Source: a virus (Duplodnaviria; Caudoviricetes). From it: 64,000 nucleotides of DNA. Positions within the stretch are counted from its first letter, which is position 1. Each line of letters starts with the position of its first letter. Under the pieces are notes generated by a model. The model was not told where the DNA came from. It did no database searches and worked only from the letters and a program-made list of their open reading frames with translations. The DNA lies in IMG/VR virus record IMGVR_UViG_3300032334_001433, positions 96,001-160,000 of that record; one strand, written 5' to 3'. Both the position numbers and the translations under genes were made by a program. This document shows positions 30,035 through 40,536 of the stretch, one piece after another.

Positions 30035-32203
30035 ATGTCACTAGCAAACTCAAAATCTATTCTTGCAAAGCTGCTTGCACAAGAAAACATCTCTGTGCAA
30101 CATAAGAAAACTTCTACCGCATACTTTGATCCTAAGAACCGAATTCTTGTTCTTCCTATTTGGAAAGAAATGAGCGGTGATCTATATGATCTTCTTGTTG
30201 GGCATGAAGTAGGGCATGCTTGGGAAACTCCTCCCGATGGTTGGCACGATGCGGTGCGTGGCCATACTCCAGGATTCAAATCTTATCTTAACGTAATCGA
30301 AGATGCCCGTATTGAGAAATGCATTAAAGTTCGATACCCTGGTTTACGTTCATCTTTTTATAAAGCATATAAAGATTTAGTTGAAAAAGATTTTTTCGGT
30401 ATCAACGATATTGATGTAAGTACTCTACCATTCATTGATCGTATCAATCTGCATTTTAAGGTAGGTCCTTTTATGGCTGTACCTTTTTCAGATGAGGAAC
30501 AGGTTTACATCAAACGAATTGACTCTCTAAAATCTTGGGACGAGGTTCTAACTATTGCAAAAGAATTGTATAACAATCAAAAGGCAATTAATGAGGATGA
30601 GGTAAAATTAGAACAACGTAAAAAACTTAGAATCAACGGCGACATCGAAGATCTCGATGGAGAATTCTCTGATGACTTTGATATTGAATTTGATTCTGAT
30701 TCTGATGATTTTGGCGATGATGACCAAGACGGCGAAGACGGTGAGACAGGCGAATCTCGAGCAAAAAATAAAAATGCCGGTAAGAACGATCCAAGTTCTA
30801 TTACAGATCAAGAATTTCGCAGCCGAGAAGCAGACTTGTTATCAAATGATGTTCGCCCATATAAGTATTTCAATTTACCAAATGTAAAAATTGAAGATGT
30901 AATTATTCCTCACGATTACCTATATAAGAATACTAATTGGGAATCGCTAGATAATAATGACCGGTACAAAGATGTAAATACTCTCCTTGCAAACTACAAA
31001 CAAACTAATGGTAAGTTTATTCAATATCTTGTTAAAGAGTTTGAATTAAAACGAAACGCAGCTCAATTTGCTCGAGCAAAAGTTTCTAAAACTGGAGAAT
31101 TAAATCTAGATAAAATTTTTAGTTACAAATATAATGAAGATCTTTTTAAACGTGTTACTAAAATTCCAGGTGGTAAGAATCATGGAATGATAATGTTTAT
31201 AGATTGGTCAGGTTCAATGACCGACAATATTACTCAAACAATTGAACAGACGCTAGTGCTTGCAGATTTTTGCAAAAAAGTAAATATTCCTTTCCGAGTA
31301 TTTTCTTTTACAGATTCATCAGGCGGAGTCGTTGAATCATTTATTAAGAATAAGTATGGTCTTCCTGGATATCTTGCAGGTAAACATCATGCAACTTTTT
31401 CAAAGAATCCATTAGATTTGGTAATAAATGGTTACGCTTATAAAAGTTTTGAATTGTTATCCAATAGTATGACAACTGCTCAATATAATTTTGCGCAGAA
31501 AAAATTATTACAATTTGGTGCAATTTATACGAATTCTCGGTATATGAGATATGCTGATATCCCAACCGGATGGGAGCTAAATTCGACTCCTTTAAATGAA
31601 GCGGTTATATTTGCAAATCATTTTATACCCGTGTTTAAAGAAATGTATAAATTGGATATTGTTAATACTATTTTCCTTACAGACGGAGAAGGTAATTATT
31701 TGAATCAAATAGTTACTCCCGAAGGAACCCAAAGAGATGCAAATTCATATTATGGATTAGGTTATCGAGTATCTTCAAATATTGTAGTAACTGATCCAAA
31801 AACAAAAATATCGGGATATGCCGCACCGGGTCAACCTGTTACCGCAGCTCTTCTAGATTTGCTCAAAAAACGTACAGACACAAATCTTGTAGGATATTAT
31901 ATTATGAGCAGATCTTCAAGAGGAGTTGTCCAAAGAATTTTGGATACAAGTGGGCTGCAAAATAAAGAAGATTCTACAAATATTATTGGCAAAATTCGAA
32001 AAGACAAATTTTATTCTTTATCAACATATGCATATGATAAGTATTTTTTGGTTGTTTCGGATGATCTAGTTATTGAAGATGGAGAAATGGTAGTGACCAG
32101 CGATACATCGAAAAAAGATCTTATGAAGGCTTTTATTAAGAATCGTAAATCTAAATTGATGAATCGGATACTTTTGAACAAATTTATTGAAGAAATCGCT
32201 TGA
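30035..32203 (+). CDS. cobT: CobT-like protein: HExxH domain, acidic linker, VWA domain
   Basis: HEVGH, NVIEDARIE, D/E-rich linker, MIDAS IDWSGS...TP...TDGE; partner of the adjacent AAA ATPase. Confidence 0.75.
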   Translation: MSLANSKSILAKLLAQENISVQHKKTSTAYFDPKNRILVLPIWKEMSGDLYDLLVGHEVGHAWETPPDGWHDAVRGHTPGFKSYLNVIEDARIEKCIKVRYPGLRSSFYKAYKDLVEKDFFGINDIDVSTLPFIDRINLHFKVGPFMAVPFSDEEQVYIKRIDSLKSWDEVLTIAKELYNNQKAINEDEVKLEQRKKLRINGDIEDLDGEFSDDFDIEFDSDSDDFGDDDQDGEDGETGESRAKNKNAGKNDPSSITDQEFRSREADLLSNDVRPYKYFNLPNVKIEDVIIPHDYLYKNTNWESLDNNDRYKDVNTLLANYKQTNGKFIQYLVKEFELKRNAAQFARAKVSKTGELNLDKIFSYKYNEDLFKRVTKIPGGKNHGMIMFIDWSGSMTDNITQTIEQTLVLADFCKKVNIPFRVFSFTDSSGGVVESFIKNKYGLPGYLAGKHHATFSKNPLDLVINGYAYKSFELLSNSMTTAQYNFAQKKLLQFGAIYTNSRYMRYADIPTGWELNSTPLNEAVIFANHFIPVFKEMYKLDIVNTIFLTDGEGNYLNQIVTPEGTQRDANSYYGLGYRVSSNIVVTDPKTKISGYAAPGQPVTAALLDLLKKRTDTNLVGYYIMSRSSRGVVQRILDTSGLQNKEDSTNIIGKIRKDKFYSLSTYAYDKYFLVVSDDLVIEDGEMVVTSDTSKKDLMKAFIKNRKSKLMNRILLNKFIEEIA

Positions 32204-32228
32204 CACGATCTTCAAAAGATGTTATAAT
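32200..32228 (+). promoter_or_regulatory. Early sigma70-like promoter
   Basis: TTGACA-17 nt-TATAAT with extended -10 TGT. Confidence 0.85.
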
Positions 32229-32262
32229 TATTTTGTGAAATCCCCATCCCTAGGACTATATT

Positions 32263-33459
32263 ATGAAAACCGATATTGATAAAAAACAACTTATTACAGA
32301 TCTAGTAACTAATTTTGGTAAGACGGCATCGCGAAAAGCTGTCATTGCTTATCTTGAACAAAAAGGAATTAAAACTCCTTTTTGGTTAATTAATGGTGCT
32401 AAATACCGAGCAAGTCGCGGTGTATTAAATCTAGATGTATCAGATAACGATATCCCTAAAACTACTACAAATACGAATATTATGAAAGAAGAAATGCCCG
32501 CATTGCATGCACAAGTTGTTCCCCTTCGGCAAAAGCGCTTGGTTACAGAAGTGGAAAATCTAGTACCTATTAAAGATGACAATTATGTTCCTTTCGGATT
32601 TTTCCGAGATCTAGAATCCATCCTTAAATCTAAAGTGTTTTATCCTGTTTTCATTACTGGTCTAACTGGTAATGGTAAAACAACTATGGTTGAACAAGTT
32701 TGTTCTAAACTAAAACGAGAGTGTGTCCGGGTTAATGTTTCTATTGAAACAGATGAGGATGATCTTGTTGGTGGATCTACATTGATTGACGGTAACGTAA
32801 CTTTCCGTGAAGGTCCAGTTATTCTCGCAATGCGACGTGGAGCAGTTTTGCTAATTGACGAAATTGATCGTGGTAGTAATAAACTAATGTGTATTCAAGG
32901 TATTCTTGAAGGCAAACCATATTTCAATAAAAAGAATGGCGACGTAATTTATCCCGCACCCGGTTTTACAGTTGTTGCCACAGCAAACACTAAAGGTCAA
33001 GGCTCTGATAGCGGCAAGTATATTGCAGCTCAAATTCTTGATGAGGCATTCCTTGAGCGTTTTCCTATTACTGTTGAACAAGAATATCCTAATGCTAAAA
33101 TTGAGCATAAGATTGTTATCAACAACATGAAAGAATTGGGATGCGAAGATGTCGAATTTGCAGACAAATTAGTTACTTGGGCAGAAGTTATTCGTAAGAC
33201 ATATCTTGAAGATGCGATTGATGAACTGATTTCTACTCGACGTCTTGTTCACATTGTAAAAGCATTCTCAATGTTTAAAGATCGTCAAAAGGCAATTGAG
33301 CTTTGTATCAATCGCTTTGATGGAGACACGAAGAATTCTTTTATGGATCTCTATAAGAAAATGGAAGCTCCTAAGGAAGAAGAAAAAGTATACGATCAAA
33401 AAATTGATACTCCAACTAGTTCGGCTCCAACCCCTCCCGATGATGAAATTCCATTCTAA
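32263..33459 (+). CDS. cobS: CobS-like MoxR-family AAA+ ATPase
   Basis: GLTGNGKT, DEDDLVGG, LLIDEID, ATANTKGQG, LDEAFLERF, ISTRRL. Confidence 0.9.
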   Translation: MKTDIDKKQLITDLVTNFGKTASRKAVIAYLEQKGIKTPFWLINGAKYRASRGVLNLDVSDNDIPKTTTNTNIMKEEMPALHAQVVPLRQKRLVTEVENLVPIKDDNYVPFGFFRDLESILKSKVFYPVFITGLTGNGKTTMVEQVCSKLKRECVRVNVSIETDEDDLVGGSTLIDGNVTFREGPVILAMRRGAVLLIDEIDRGSNKLMCIQGILEGKPYFNKKNGDVIYPAPGFTVVATANTKGQGSDSGKYIAAQILDEAFLERFPITVEQEYPNAKIEHKIVINNMKELGCEDVEFADKLVTWAEVIRKTYLEDAIDELISTRRLVHIVKAFSMFKDRQKAIELCINRFDGDTKNSFMDLYKKMEAPKEEEKVYDQKIDTPTSSAPTPPDDEIPF

Positions 33460-33476
33460 GAATTTTTAATTTAACC

Positions 33477-33499
33477 AAAGGGCGCTTATGCGCCCTTTT
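33477..33499 (+). terminator. Rho-independent terminator
   Basis: AAAGGGCGC-TTAT-GCGCCCTTTT. Confidence 0.85.
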
Positions 33500-33513
33500 A
33501 CCTATTTTAGACT

Positions 33514-33521
33514 TATAAATA
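33514..33521 (+). promoter_or_regulatory. T4-type late promoter heading the sugar island
   Basis: TATAAATA in the intergenic gap after a terminator, 35 nt before gmd. Confidence 0.75.
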
Positions 33522-33555
33522 TTTAAGTCGTTATTAATTCATTATAAGGTTTGAA

Positions 33556-34566
33556 ATGAAAAAAGCATTGATTACAGGAATCACAGGACAAGATGGTTCC
33601 TATCTAGCAGAACTTCTATTGGAAAAAGGATACGAAGTTCATGGTATTATTAGACGTAGTTCTTCGATTAATACTTCTAGAATTGACCATATATTCAATC
33701 ATCCAAATTTAGAATTACATTATGGAGATGTAACTGATTCATTGTCATTAATGAATGTTCTAAAAAAACATTCTCCAGATGAAATCTATAATTTAGCTGC
33801 CCAAAGTCATGTTAAAGTTTCTTTTGAAACTCCTGAATACACAGGTATGGTTGATGCAATGGGTACGTTAAAAATATTGGAATCTGTAAGATTGCTTAAT
33901 CTAGATAAAAAGACAAAAATTTATCAAGCATCTACTTCTGAACTATTTGGATTGGTTCAAGAAATCCCACAAAAAGAAACAACCCCGTTCTATCCTAGGT
34001 CCCCATACGGCGTTGCAAAAATGTATGCTTATTGGATTGTAAAAAATTACAGAGAGTCGTATAATATGTTTGCTTGCTCGGGCATACTATTTAATCACGA
34101 ATCTCCTCGCCGAGGACATAATTTTGTAACTAAGAAAATTGTAAATGCTTTAAAGGCAATTAGTGAAGGTAAACAAGAGTGTTTGTATCTTGGCAATCTA
34201 AATGCTATGCGAGATTGGGGACATGCTAAAGATTATGTCAACGCAATGTGGATGATGTTGCAACAGGATACACCGGAAGATTATGTTATTGCAACTGGAG
34301 AACAATTCTCAGTAAGAGAATTTGTTGAACATTGTGCCCCATATTTTGGTTTAAAAATTCGTTGGGAAGGTGACGGAGTTAATGAAGTTGGCATTAATAA
34401 AGTATCTAAAAAAGTAATAATCCGAGTAGATAAAAAATATTTCCGACCAGCAGAAGTTGAAACATTATTAGGTGATGCATCGAAGGCAAGAATACAATTA
34501 GGATGGAAACCTACGCAATCATTTGATGATTTGGTTGAAGATATGTGTATGAATTTTGATGAATAA
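33556..34566 (+). CDS. gmd: GDP-mannose 4,6-dehydratase
   Basis: [55 protein letters not shown]. Confidence 0.96.
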   Translation: MKKALITGITGQDGSYLAELLLEKGYEVHGIIRRSSSINTSRIDHIFNHPNLELHYGDVTDSLSLMNVLKKHSPDEIYNLAAQSHVKVSFETPEYTGMVDAMGTLKILESVRLLNLDKKTKIYQASTSELFGLVQEIPQKETTPFYPRSPYGVAKMYAYWIVKNYRESYNMFACSGILFNHESPRRGHNFVTKKIVNALKAISEGKQECLYLGNLNAMRDWGHAKDYVNAMWMMLQQDTPEDYVIATGEQFSVREFVEHCAPYFGLKIRWEGDGVNEVGINKVSKKVIIRVDKKYFRPAEVETLLGDASKARIQLGWKPTQSFDDLVEDMCMNFDE

Positions 34567-34575
34567 GAAAGTTAT

Positions 34576-35445
34576 ATGAATAAAAAATTAAGTATAGGGT
34601 TTACTGATACCCATCCGCATCTAGCAACATTCTTTATGGACTTATTGTCTACACGGTATGATGTAGAAATTAACAATGATAATCCTGATTTTTTGTTATT
34701 TGGTGATAGAAATTTTGGTGAGAATAATTTAAAATATTCTAAAGATGTTGTTAAGATTTTCTATACAGGAGAAAATCAAAGACCAGAAGATTATGATTGT
34801 AACTATGCAATAAGTTTTGATCATAACTTTGAACCTTGGCATTATAGATTGCCTTTATATGTTGTCTATATGTGGGCATTAGAACATATACACAAAACAA
34901 AGTATGATTTTAACTATATCTTTAATCCCGAAATTAAAGAGAAAACCGACTTCTGTTCTTTTGTTGTAAGTAATCCTAATTGCCAAGAACGTAACAATTT
35001 CTTTAAAATGTTACACAAAGAAAAGCACGTTGATAGTGCAGGCAAACTATACAAAAATATAGATGTCAATTTGGAAGGCGAAGCTGCTAAAATTGAATTT
35101 TTATCTACACGAAAATTTAATATTTGTTTTGAACCATATTCTCATCCAGGATATGTTACCGAAAAAATACTACACGCATTCTATGCAGGAACAATTCCAA
35201 TATACTGGGGAAGTGAAACAATCAGTTCAGATTTTAATCCAAACGCATTTATTGATGTAAATGATTTTAGTAGTTATGAAGAAGCAATTAAATTTATTAT
35301 GTACTTGGATAGTAACGATGAGTTGTACAATATAATGCTTAATGCGCCAAAATTTAAAAACGGAATTCCTCCGTCATACATCATGCTTGATAATTTCTTA
35401 AATTGGTTTGATGCGGTAGTTTATAATAAAATTTTACAACGATGA
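34576..35445 (+). CDS. Alpha-1,3-fucosyltransferase-like (GT10)
   Basis: YTGEN, FCSFVVSNP, KFNICFE...GYVTEKI...AGTIPIYWG fucosyltransferase motif. Confidence 0.85.
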   Translation: MNKKLSIGFTDTHPHLATFFMDLLSTRYDVEINNDNPDFLLFGDRNFGENNLKYSKDVVKIFYTGENQRPEDYDCNYAISFDHNFEPWHYRLPLYVVYMWALEHIHKTKYDFNYIFNPEIKEKTDFCSFVVSNPNCQERNNFFKMLHKEKHVDSAGKLYKNIDVNLEGEAAKIEFLSTRKFNICFEPYSHPGYVTEKILHAFYAGTIPIYWGSETISSDFNPNAFIDVNDFSSYEEAIKFIMYLDSNDELYNIMLNAPKFKNGIPPSYIMLDNFLNWFDAVVYNKILQR

Positions 35446-36155
35446 ATATACAGACATTTATTTTCAATTGGCGCGGACAATATGAAAAGACAAAAGAAAA
35501 GCAAAAGCAACTGAGTGCCATTGGGGTCGTGCCTGTCGTTATTAATAGTGACGACAATCACCGTGAGGACGATCCTAATTGGCACAACATTGGCGAGGAA
35601 AGTTATTTCACTGCACAGTTCTTAAAAGCATTGGAATTATTTACTGGCGATGTAATGTTTCACATACAAGCGGATGCATCATATAGTAATTGGGCAGAAA
35701 TTTATCAAGGAGCAAGAGATTGCTTTGATACTTACAATTGGGGAATTTATGCACCAAATGTGGATTATACATTTTATAATTCTGCAAGAACTGATCTTAC
35801 AAGTTTTGATTTAGATGAACCTAATTTAAAAATGGTTGCAAATACAGATTGTACTTGTTGGTTTATTCATAAAGATATTCTTGAAGATGCAAAAAATAGA
35901 AATATAAATTTTGCGCCATATAAAATGGGTTGGAGTTTTGATATAATTTTTACCGCAATTAGTTATATTAATAAACGACCAGTCATTCGAGATTATTCAT
36001 TTACTATTGACCATCCGCAAGGAACCAATTATAATAAAGATCAGGCCGAGATTGAGATGGTTCAACTATATCAATCACTTACACCCGATGTACAAGAAGC
36101 ATTTAGATATATTAAAGGCGATAAAGAAAAATTAGCGCAATACTATGCAAATTGA
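35442..36155 (+). CDS. Hypothetical, probable GT-A glycosyltransferase
   Basis: VVINSDD, FHIQADAS, IYAPN; context in sugar island. Confidence 0.45.
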   Translation: MNIQTFIFNWRGQYEKTKEKQKQLSAIGVVPVVINSDDNHREDDPNWHNIGEESYFTAQFLKALELFTGDVMFHIQADASYSNWAEIYQGARDCFDTYNWGIYAPNVDYTFYNSARTDLTSFDLDEPNLKMVANTDCTCWFIHKDILEDAKNRNINFAPYKMGWSFDIIFTAISYINKRPVIRDYSFTIDHPQGTNYNKDQAEIEMVQLYQSLTPDVQEAFRYIKGDKEKLAQYYAN

Positions 36156-37047
36156 TTATTATAAAATAAATGATCTATTAATAGAAAAACTGGACAACAA
36201 TGTTCCGTTTTCTTTGTTAAGAATAGACAATACTGCAGGGTATGTTCTTGATTGCATCTCTCGTGGAATTATTCCCGATAGACAACATTACAATGAATAT
36301 ACTTTAGTTGAAGGCGGTGTGCCTGACAATATGGATTACGTATTTAAAAAGTTATGGCCAGATACTTTAAGCGTAATGAAAGAGTGTGATATTTTAGGAT
36401 TTGTTGATGTGTCGGGGGATATTAAACGATCAAACTTTATAAAGCAATTTGAGGATAAGCCAACATTCTTTCATAAAGATACTGCAGTATTAGATCCCGG
36501 AGGATTATTAGGATATTATTCTGAGTATAATAAACTATCTGTACCTTGGACACAGCATCTAAAAGGTAAAAAAGTTCTTGTAGTATCAACGCACGCAGAA
36601 TCTATAAAATATCAATGGAATCACCTTGATAGGATTTGGGGCAAAGACAAAGAAAAAATTGTACCCTTTGAATTAGTAGATTGTATTAAAACACCATATC
36701 ATCCTCTTGCAGATGATAGACAAATTCCTGGCTGTGATACATTCCATAGCATAGTTGAGCATACAAAGAAATTAATTGATAGTTATGACTATGATGTTTT
36801 GCTAACAGGCGTAACAACTCAATCTCCGTTTTATGCTGAGCATGCTAAGCAACAAGGTAAAGTAGGAATACAGACAGGCGGAACAATACAATTATTTTTT
36901 GGTATTGTTGGATCACGTTGGCTAAAATCGCCTTCGTATAAAGAATGGATTCCTATGTTTAATGAATATTGGATATACCCATTGGATGAGGATAAAGCAC
37001 AAAGAGTGGTTCATCCTAACTTAGAAACTAATTACGCATATTGGTAA
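36145..37047 (+). CDS. Hypothetical sugar-cluster protein (GT-D-like)
   Basis: LKGKKVLVVS...KVGIQTGGTIQLFFG C-terminal pattern; context. Confidence 0.45.
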   Translation: MQIDYYKINDLLIEKLDNNVPFSLLRIDNTAGYVLDCISRGIIPDRQHYNEYTLVEGGVPDNMDYVFKKLWPDTLSVMKECDILGFVDVSGDIKRSNFIKQFEDKPTFFHKDTAVLDPGGLLGYYSEYNKLSVPWTQHLKGKKVLVVSTHAESIKYQWNHLDRIWGKDKEKIVPFELVDCIKTPYHPLADDRQIPGCDTFHSIVEHTKKLIDSYDYDVLLTGVTTQSPFYAEHAKQQGKVGIQTGGTIQLFFGIVGSRWLKSPSYKEWIPMFNEYWIYPLDEDKAQRVVHPNLETNYAYW

Positions 37048-37050
37048 ATT

Positions 37051-38373
37051 ATGAATAAAGATGATATTTTAATTGGCATTGCAGAATTTGTCAGAAATAA
37101 ACGCAATGAAGAAATTTGGATTCCCGGTAAAGATTTTGTTAAGTATGCAGGTCCGTTTTTTGACGAACATGAAATACTTGCAGCAGTAAGTACCTTATTA
37201 AATGGTTGGCTTGTTATGGGCGACCAGTCTGTAAAATTTGAAAAAGAATTCCCAAAACAATTTGGAAAGAATCATGGAATTTTAACAAATTCTGGATCTA
37301 GTTCTAACTTGTTAATGATGTCTACTCTTACATCTAAGCGTGGATATAATTTGCCAAAGGGAACAAAGGTATTGATGCCTATTGCAGGATTTCCTACAAC
37401 ATTAAATCCCACCTTACAACTTGGATTTGAGCCTGTATTTTTAGACATTGAATTAGATACATTAAATCTTGATCTAACAAGAGCAGAAGAACTAATTAAA
37501 AAACATAATATCAGAGTAATTACATTTGCTCATGTATTAGGTAATCCACCTAATATGGATTGGGTGATGGAATTAGTTAAACGGTATGATATGATTCTTT
37601 TGGAAGATTGCTGCGATGCTTTAGGATCTACATATGACGGAAATCCATTAGGATCTTATGGTGAGATGGCATCTTGTTCATTCTATCCTGCCCACCACAT
37701 GACAATGGGCGAAGGTGGGTTTGTTGCCTGCAAGACATATGAAACAGAAGTCATTGCTAGATCATTTAGAGAATGGGGTCGCGGATGTTATTGTGTTGGA
37801 CCTGAAGCAAATAAATTAAAATGCGGTTCTTGTGGCATACGGTTTAAAGAATGGATTCCTGAGATGCCGGGAGAAATTTTTGACCACAAATATGTATACG
37901 ATGAAATCGGTTACAATTTAAAACCAATTGAATTGCAAGGTGCAATGGGGTTAGTTCAATTGGACAAGTTAGAAACAATACACGAGTTGCGAAAACGCAA
38001 TTATAATTTATTGTTTGATATCTATAGTAAGTATGAAGAATATTTCCACTTGCCAAGAGCCCAGGCAAAGAGCGATCCTAGTTGGTTTGCATTTCCGCTA
38101 ACAATTCGCAAGGGTGTTCCTTTTACTCGTAGCGATATTGTGGATTATCTTGAAGAACATCTAATTCAGACACGGCCGTATTTTGCTGGTAATATTATGC
38201 TTCAACCTGCATATAGTCATCTAATGAATCCTGCAGATGCAAGAGATAATTTTCCAATTGCTACAATGACAATGACTAATACTTATTTCCATGGAACAAG
38301 CCCAGTAATTACTCCTGAACAAATTTCATATATAGGTAAAGTAGTTGATGGTTTTATGAGTTTATTTGTATGA
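37051..38373 (+). CDS. rfbH: NDP-4-keto-6-deoxyhexose 3-dehydratase (RfbH/E1)
   Basis: NSGSSSNL, EDCCDALG, SFYPAHHMTMGEGG (His in place of the aminotransferase Lys), Cys cluster GRGCYC...CGSC. Confidence 0.88.
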   Translation: MNKDDILIGIAEFVRNKRNEEIWIPGKDFVKYAGPFFDEHEILAAVSTLLNGWLVMGDQSVKFEKEFPKQFGKNHGILTNSGSSSNLLMMSTLTSKRGYNLPKGTKVLMPIAGFPTTLNPTLQLGFEPVFLDIELDTLNLDLTRAEELIKKHNIRVITFAHVLGNPPNMDWVMELVKRYDMILLEDCCDALGSTYDGNPLGSYGEMASCSFYPAHHMTMGEGGFVACKTYETEVIARSFREWGRGCYCVGPEANKLKCGSCGIRFKEWIPEMPGEIFDHKYVYDEIGYNLKPIELQGAMGLVQLDKLETIHELRKRNYNLLFDIYSKYEEYFHLPRAQAKSDPSWFAFPLTIRKGVPFTRSDIVDYLEEHLIQTRPYFAGNIMLQPAYSHLMNPADARDNFPIATMTMTNTYFHGTSPVITPEQISYIGKVVDGFMSLFV

Positions 38374-39539
38374 AAAATTTAAGCAAAGTCGCCTCAAATA
38401 TTGATGGACAGCCAATGTTCAAATATTTGGATAAGGCAAAAAAATTAGAAGCCGATGGAAAATCTATGATCCATATGGAAATAGGTGACCCTGATTTTAA
38501 CACTCCGGATAATATAATTAATGCCGCAATAAATTCATTACAGAATGGCGGCACACATTATTGCAGTAGTTTTGGATTGCCTGATTTTAGACAAACTATT
38601 GTAGATGCTACTAAACGAAGTAGAGGGTTTGCTCCTGATCTAGATCAAGTATTAGTTACACCTGGTGCAAATATAGGAATGTTCTATGCAATTTATTGTT
38701 TAGTTGATCCCGGATATGAAGTGATTGTTCCTGATCCTGGATTTGCAACATATTACAGCACAATTAAAATGTGTGGTGCAATTCCAGTAAGAGTTCCTTT
38801 AAAGGAAGAAAATAAATTTAGAATGAATCCGGAGGATGTTGCAAATGCAATTACAGATAAAACTAGATTAATTATTATAAACAGCCCGCACAACCCAACC
38901 GGTAGTGTAATGACTCCTGAAGAAATTAAAGCAATATATGACTTAGCAAAAGAAAAAGACATATATCTTTATAGCGATGAAATTTATAGTAGAATGAACT
39001 ATAGTACATTTAGTAGTCCAGGAATATACGATCATTGTAAAGAACACGTTATTGTGAGCAATGGTTTTAGTAAGGCATTTGCAATGACTGGATGGCGATT
39101 AGGTACTATGATTGGTCCCAGTGTTGTTATTGAAAGAATGGCTGCATTACTACAAACAACAAGTAGTTGCGTTAGCCCATTTATACAAGCAGCAGGAAAA
39201 GAAGCTATTGACGGCCCGCAAGATTCTGTTTATAATATGATGGAAGAATATAAATCAAGGCGAGATTTATTGGTGGATGGTCTAAATAAAATTCCAGGAT
39301 TTGATTGTTTGACTCCAGGTGGCGCATTTTACGTATTTCCAAATATTACAAAAACAGGATTAACTTCTGAAGAAGTATGCAACGCATTACTTGATGCAGG
39401 AGTAGTAACATTACCTGGAGATTGTTTTGGTGAATATGGTAAAGGATATCTACGTCTTTGTTATGCTACTAGTAAAAACGATATAAATGAAGCATTGAAA
39501 CGTATTAATGATTGGGCAACAAATCATGCGAGTTTGTGA
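38370..39539 (+). CDS. Class I/II PLP-dependent aminotransferase
   Basis: IGDPDF, NSPHNPTG, SDEIY, GFSKAFAMTGWRLG, GAFY. Confidence 0.9.
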   Translation: MKNLSKVASNIDGQPMFKYLDKAKKLEADGKSMIHMEIGDPDFNTPDNIINAAINSLQNGGTHYCSSFGLPDFRQTIVDATKRSRGFAPDLDQVLVTPGANIGMFYAIYCLVDPGYEVIVPDPGFATYYSTIKMCGAIPVRVPLKEENKFRMNPEDVANAITDKTRLIIINSPHNPTGSVMTPEEIKAIYDLAKEKDIYLYSDEIYSRMNYSTFSSPGIYDHCKEHVIVSNGFSKAFAMTGWRLGTMIGPSVVIERMAALLQTTSSCVSPFIQAAGKEAIDGPQDSVYNMMEEYKSRRDLLVDGLNKIPGFDCLTPGGAFYVFPNITKTGLTSEEVCNALLDAGVVTLPGDCFGEYGKGYLRLCYATSKNDINEALKRINDWATNHASL

Positions 39540-40536
39540 TTGGATAGCAGAATACTTATACAGTATAGGTGTATCTAGAATACATGGATTAATGGGTGGC
39601 GGAGCCAGCGGTCTTAATGATGGTTTTATTAAACATGGAAAAATAAGTTATATTTGTTATCATCATGAACAAGGGGCAGGCCATTCTGCAATAGGTGAAA
39701 GCAAATTTACAGGAAAACTATCTGTAGTAAATCCTACTACTGGATGTGCAGGAACAAATTGTGCAACTAGTGTTTTAAATGCTTGGCAAGACTCTGTTCC
39801 TGTATTATTCATAAGCGGCAATGTCCGTTTGGATACTTGTAGTTCTTGGATAAACCAGCAAAAGAATATTAATATTCGTAAGTATGGTATACAAGAACAT
39901 AATGTTATTGACACGTTTAAATCAATGACAAAAATTGCAACATTTATTACTAGCGTTGAAGATGTTGCTTATCGAATACAAGAAGCAATTCATATTGCTA
40001 CAAGTGGCAGGCCAGGCCCCGTATGGATAGATATTCCTAGTAATATTCAAACTGCAGAAATGCCGGAAAAATATACTAGTTATGTTCCATTAAGTTTAAA
40101 CAAACCAATGTCTGATTTTTCGGAAATTAAACAAAGAATTAATAATGCAGAAAGACCAGTTGTTCTTGCAGGATATGGAATAAGACAAAGTAATACTATA
40201 GAACAATTTGTCAATTTTATTGAGAAATATCAAGTGCCGTATGTAAGTACATATGGTGCAAGAGATTATACTGCAGATAGTCATCCTTTAAGTATTGGTG
40301 CAGTTGGAATTAAAGGTTCAAGAGCAGGAAATTTTGCAATGCAAAATGCTGATCTATTATTAATACTTGGAAGTAGTTTAAATAGCAGCGTTATAGGATA
40401 TGATCCAAAACAATTTAGTCCTATTAGTTATAAGATTGCAATAGATTTAGATATCAATGAATTGAAAAAAGATATTGTTCATATTGATTCTAAATATAAT
40501 GTTAATCTAGAAAAATTTTTTAGAGGTATGTTATGA
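39526..40536 (+). CDS. TPP enzyme, AHAS/YerE-like, N-terminal and middle domains
   Basis: MRVCDWIA, HHEQGAGH, TTGCAGTN, SGRPGPVWIDIP, GSRAGNFAMQNADLL. Confidence 0.85.
   Translation: MRVCDWIAEYLYSIGVSRIHGLMGGGASGLNDGFIKHGKISYICYHHEQGAGHSAIGESKFTGKLSVVNPTTGCAGTNCATSVLNAWQDSVPVLFISGNVRLDTCSSWINQQKNINIRKYGIQEHNVIDTFKSMTKIATFITSVEDVAYRIQEAIHIATSGRPGPVWIDIPSNIQTAEMPEKYTSYVPLSLNKPMSDFSEIKQRINNAERPVVLAGYGIRQSNTIEQFVNFIEKYQVPYVSTYGARDYTADSHPLSIGAVGIKGSRAGNFAMQNADLLLILGSSLNSSVIGYDPKQFSPISYKIAIDLDINELKKDIVHIDSKYNVNLEKFFRGML

Noticed and set aside
30620-30760. Low-complexity GAT/GAC-rich stretch in the cobT-like gene
   Set aside because: It encodes the acidic inter-domain linker typical of this family, not a DNA repeat element.
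30035-33459. Cobalamin biosynthesis auxiliary genes
   Set aside because: No cobN or other cob genes; generic MoxR/VWA architecture plus HExxH domain.
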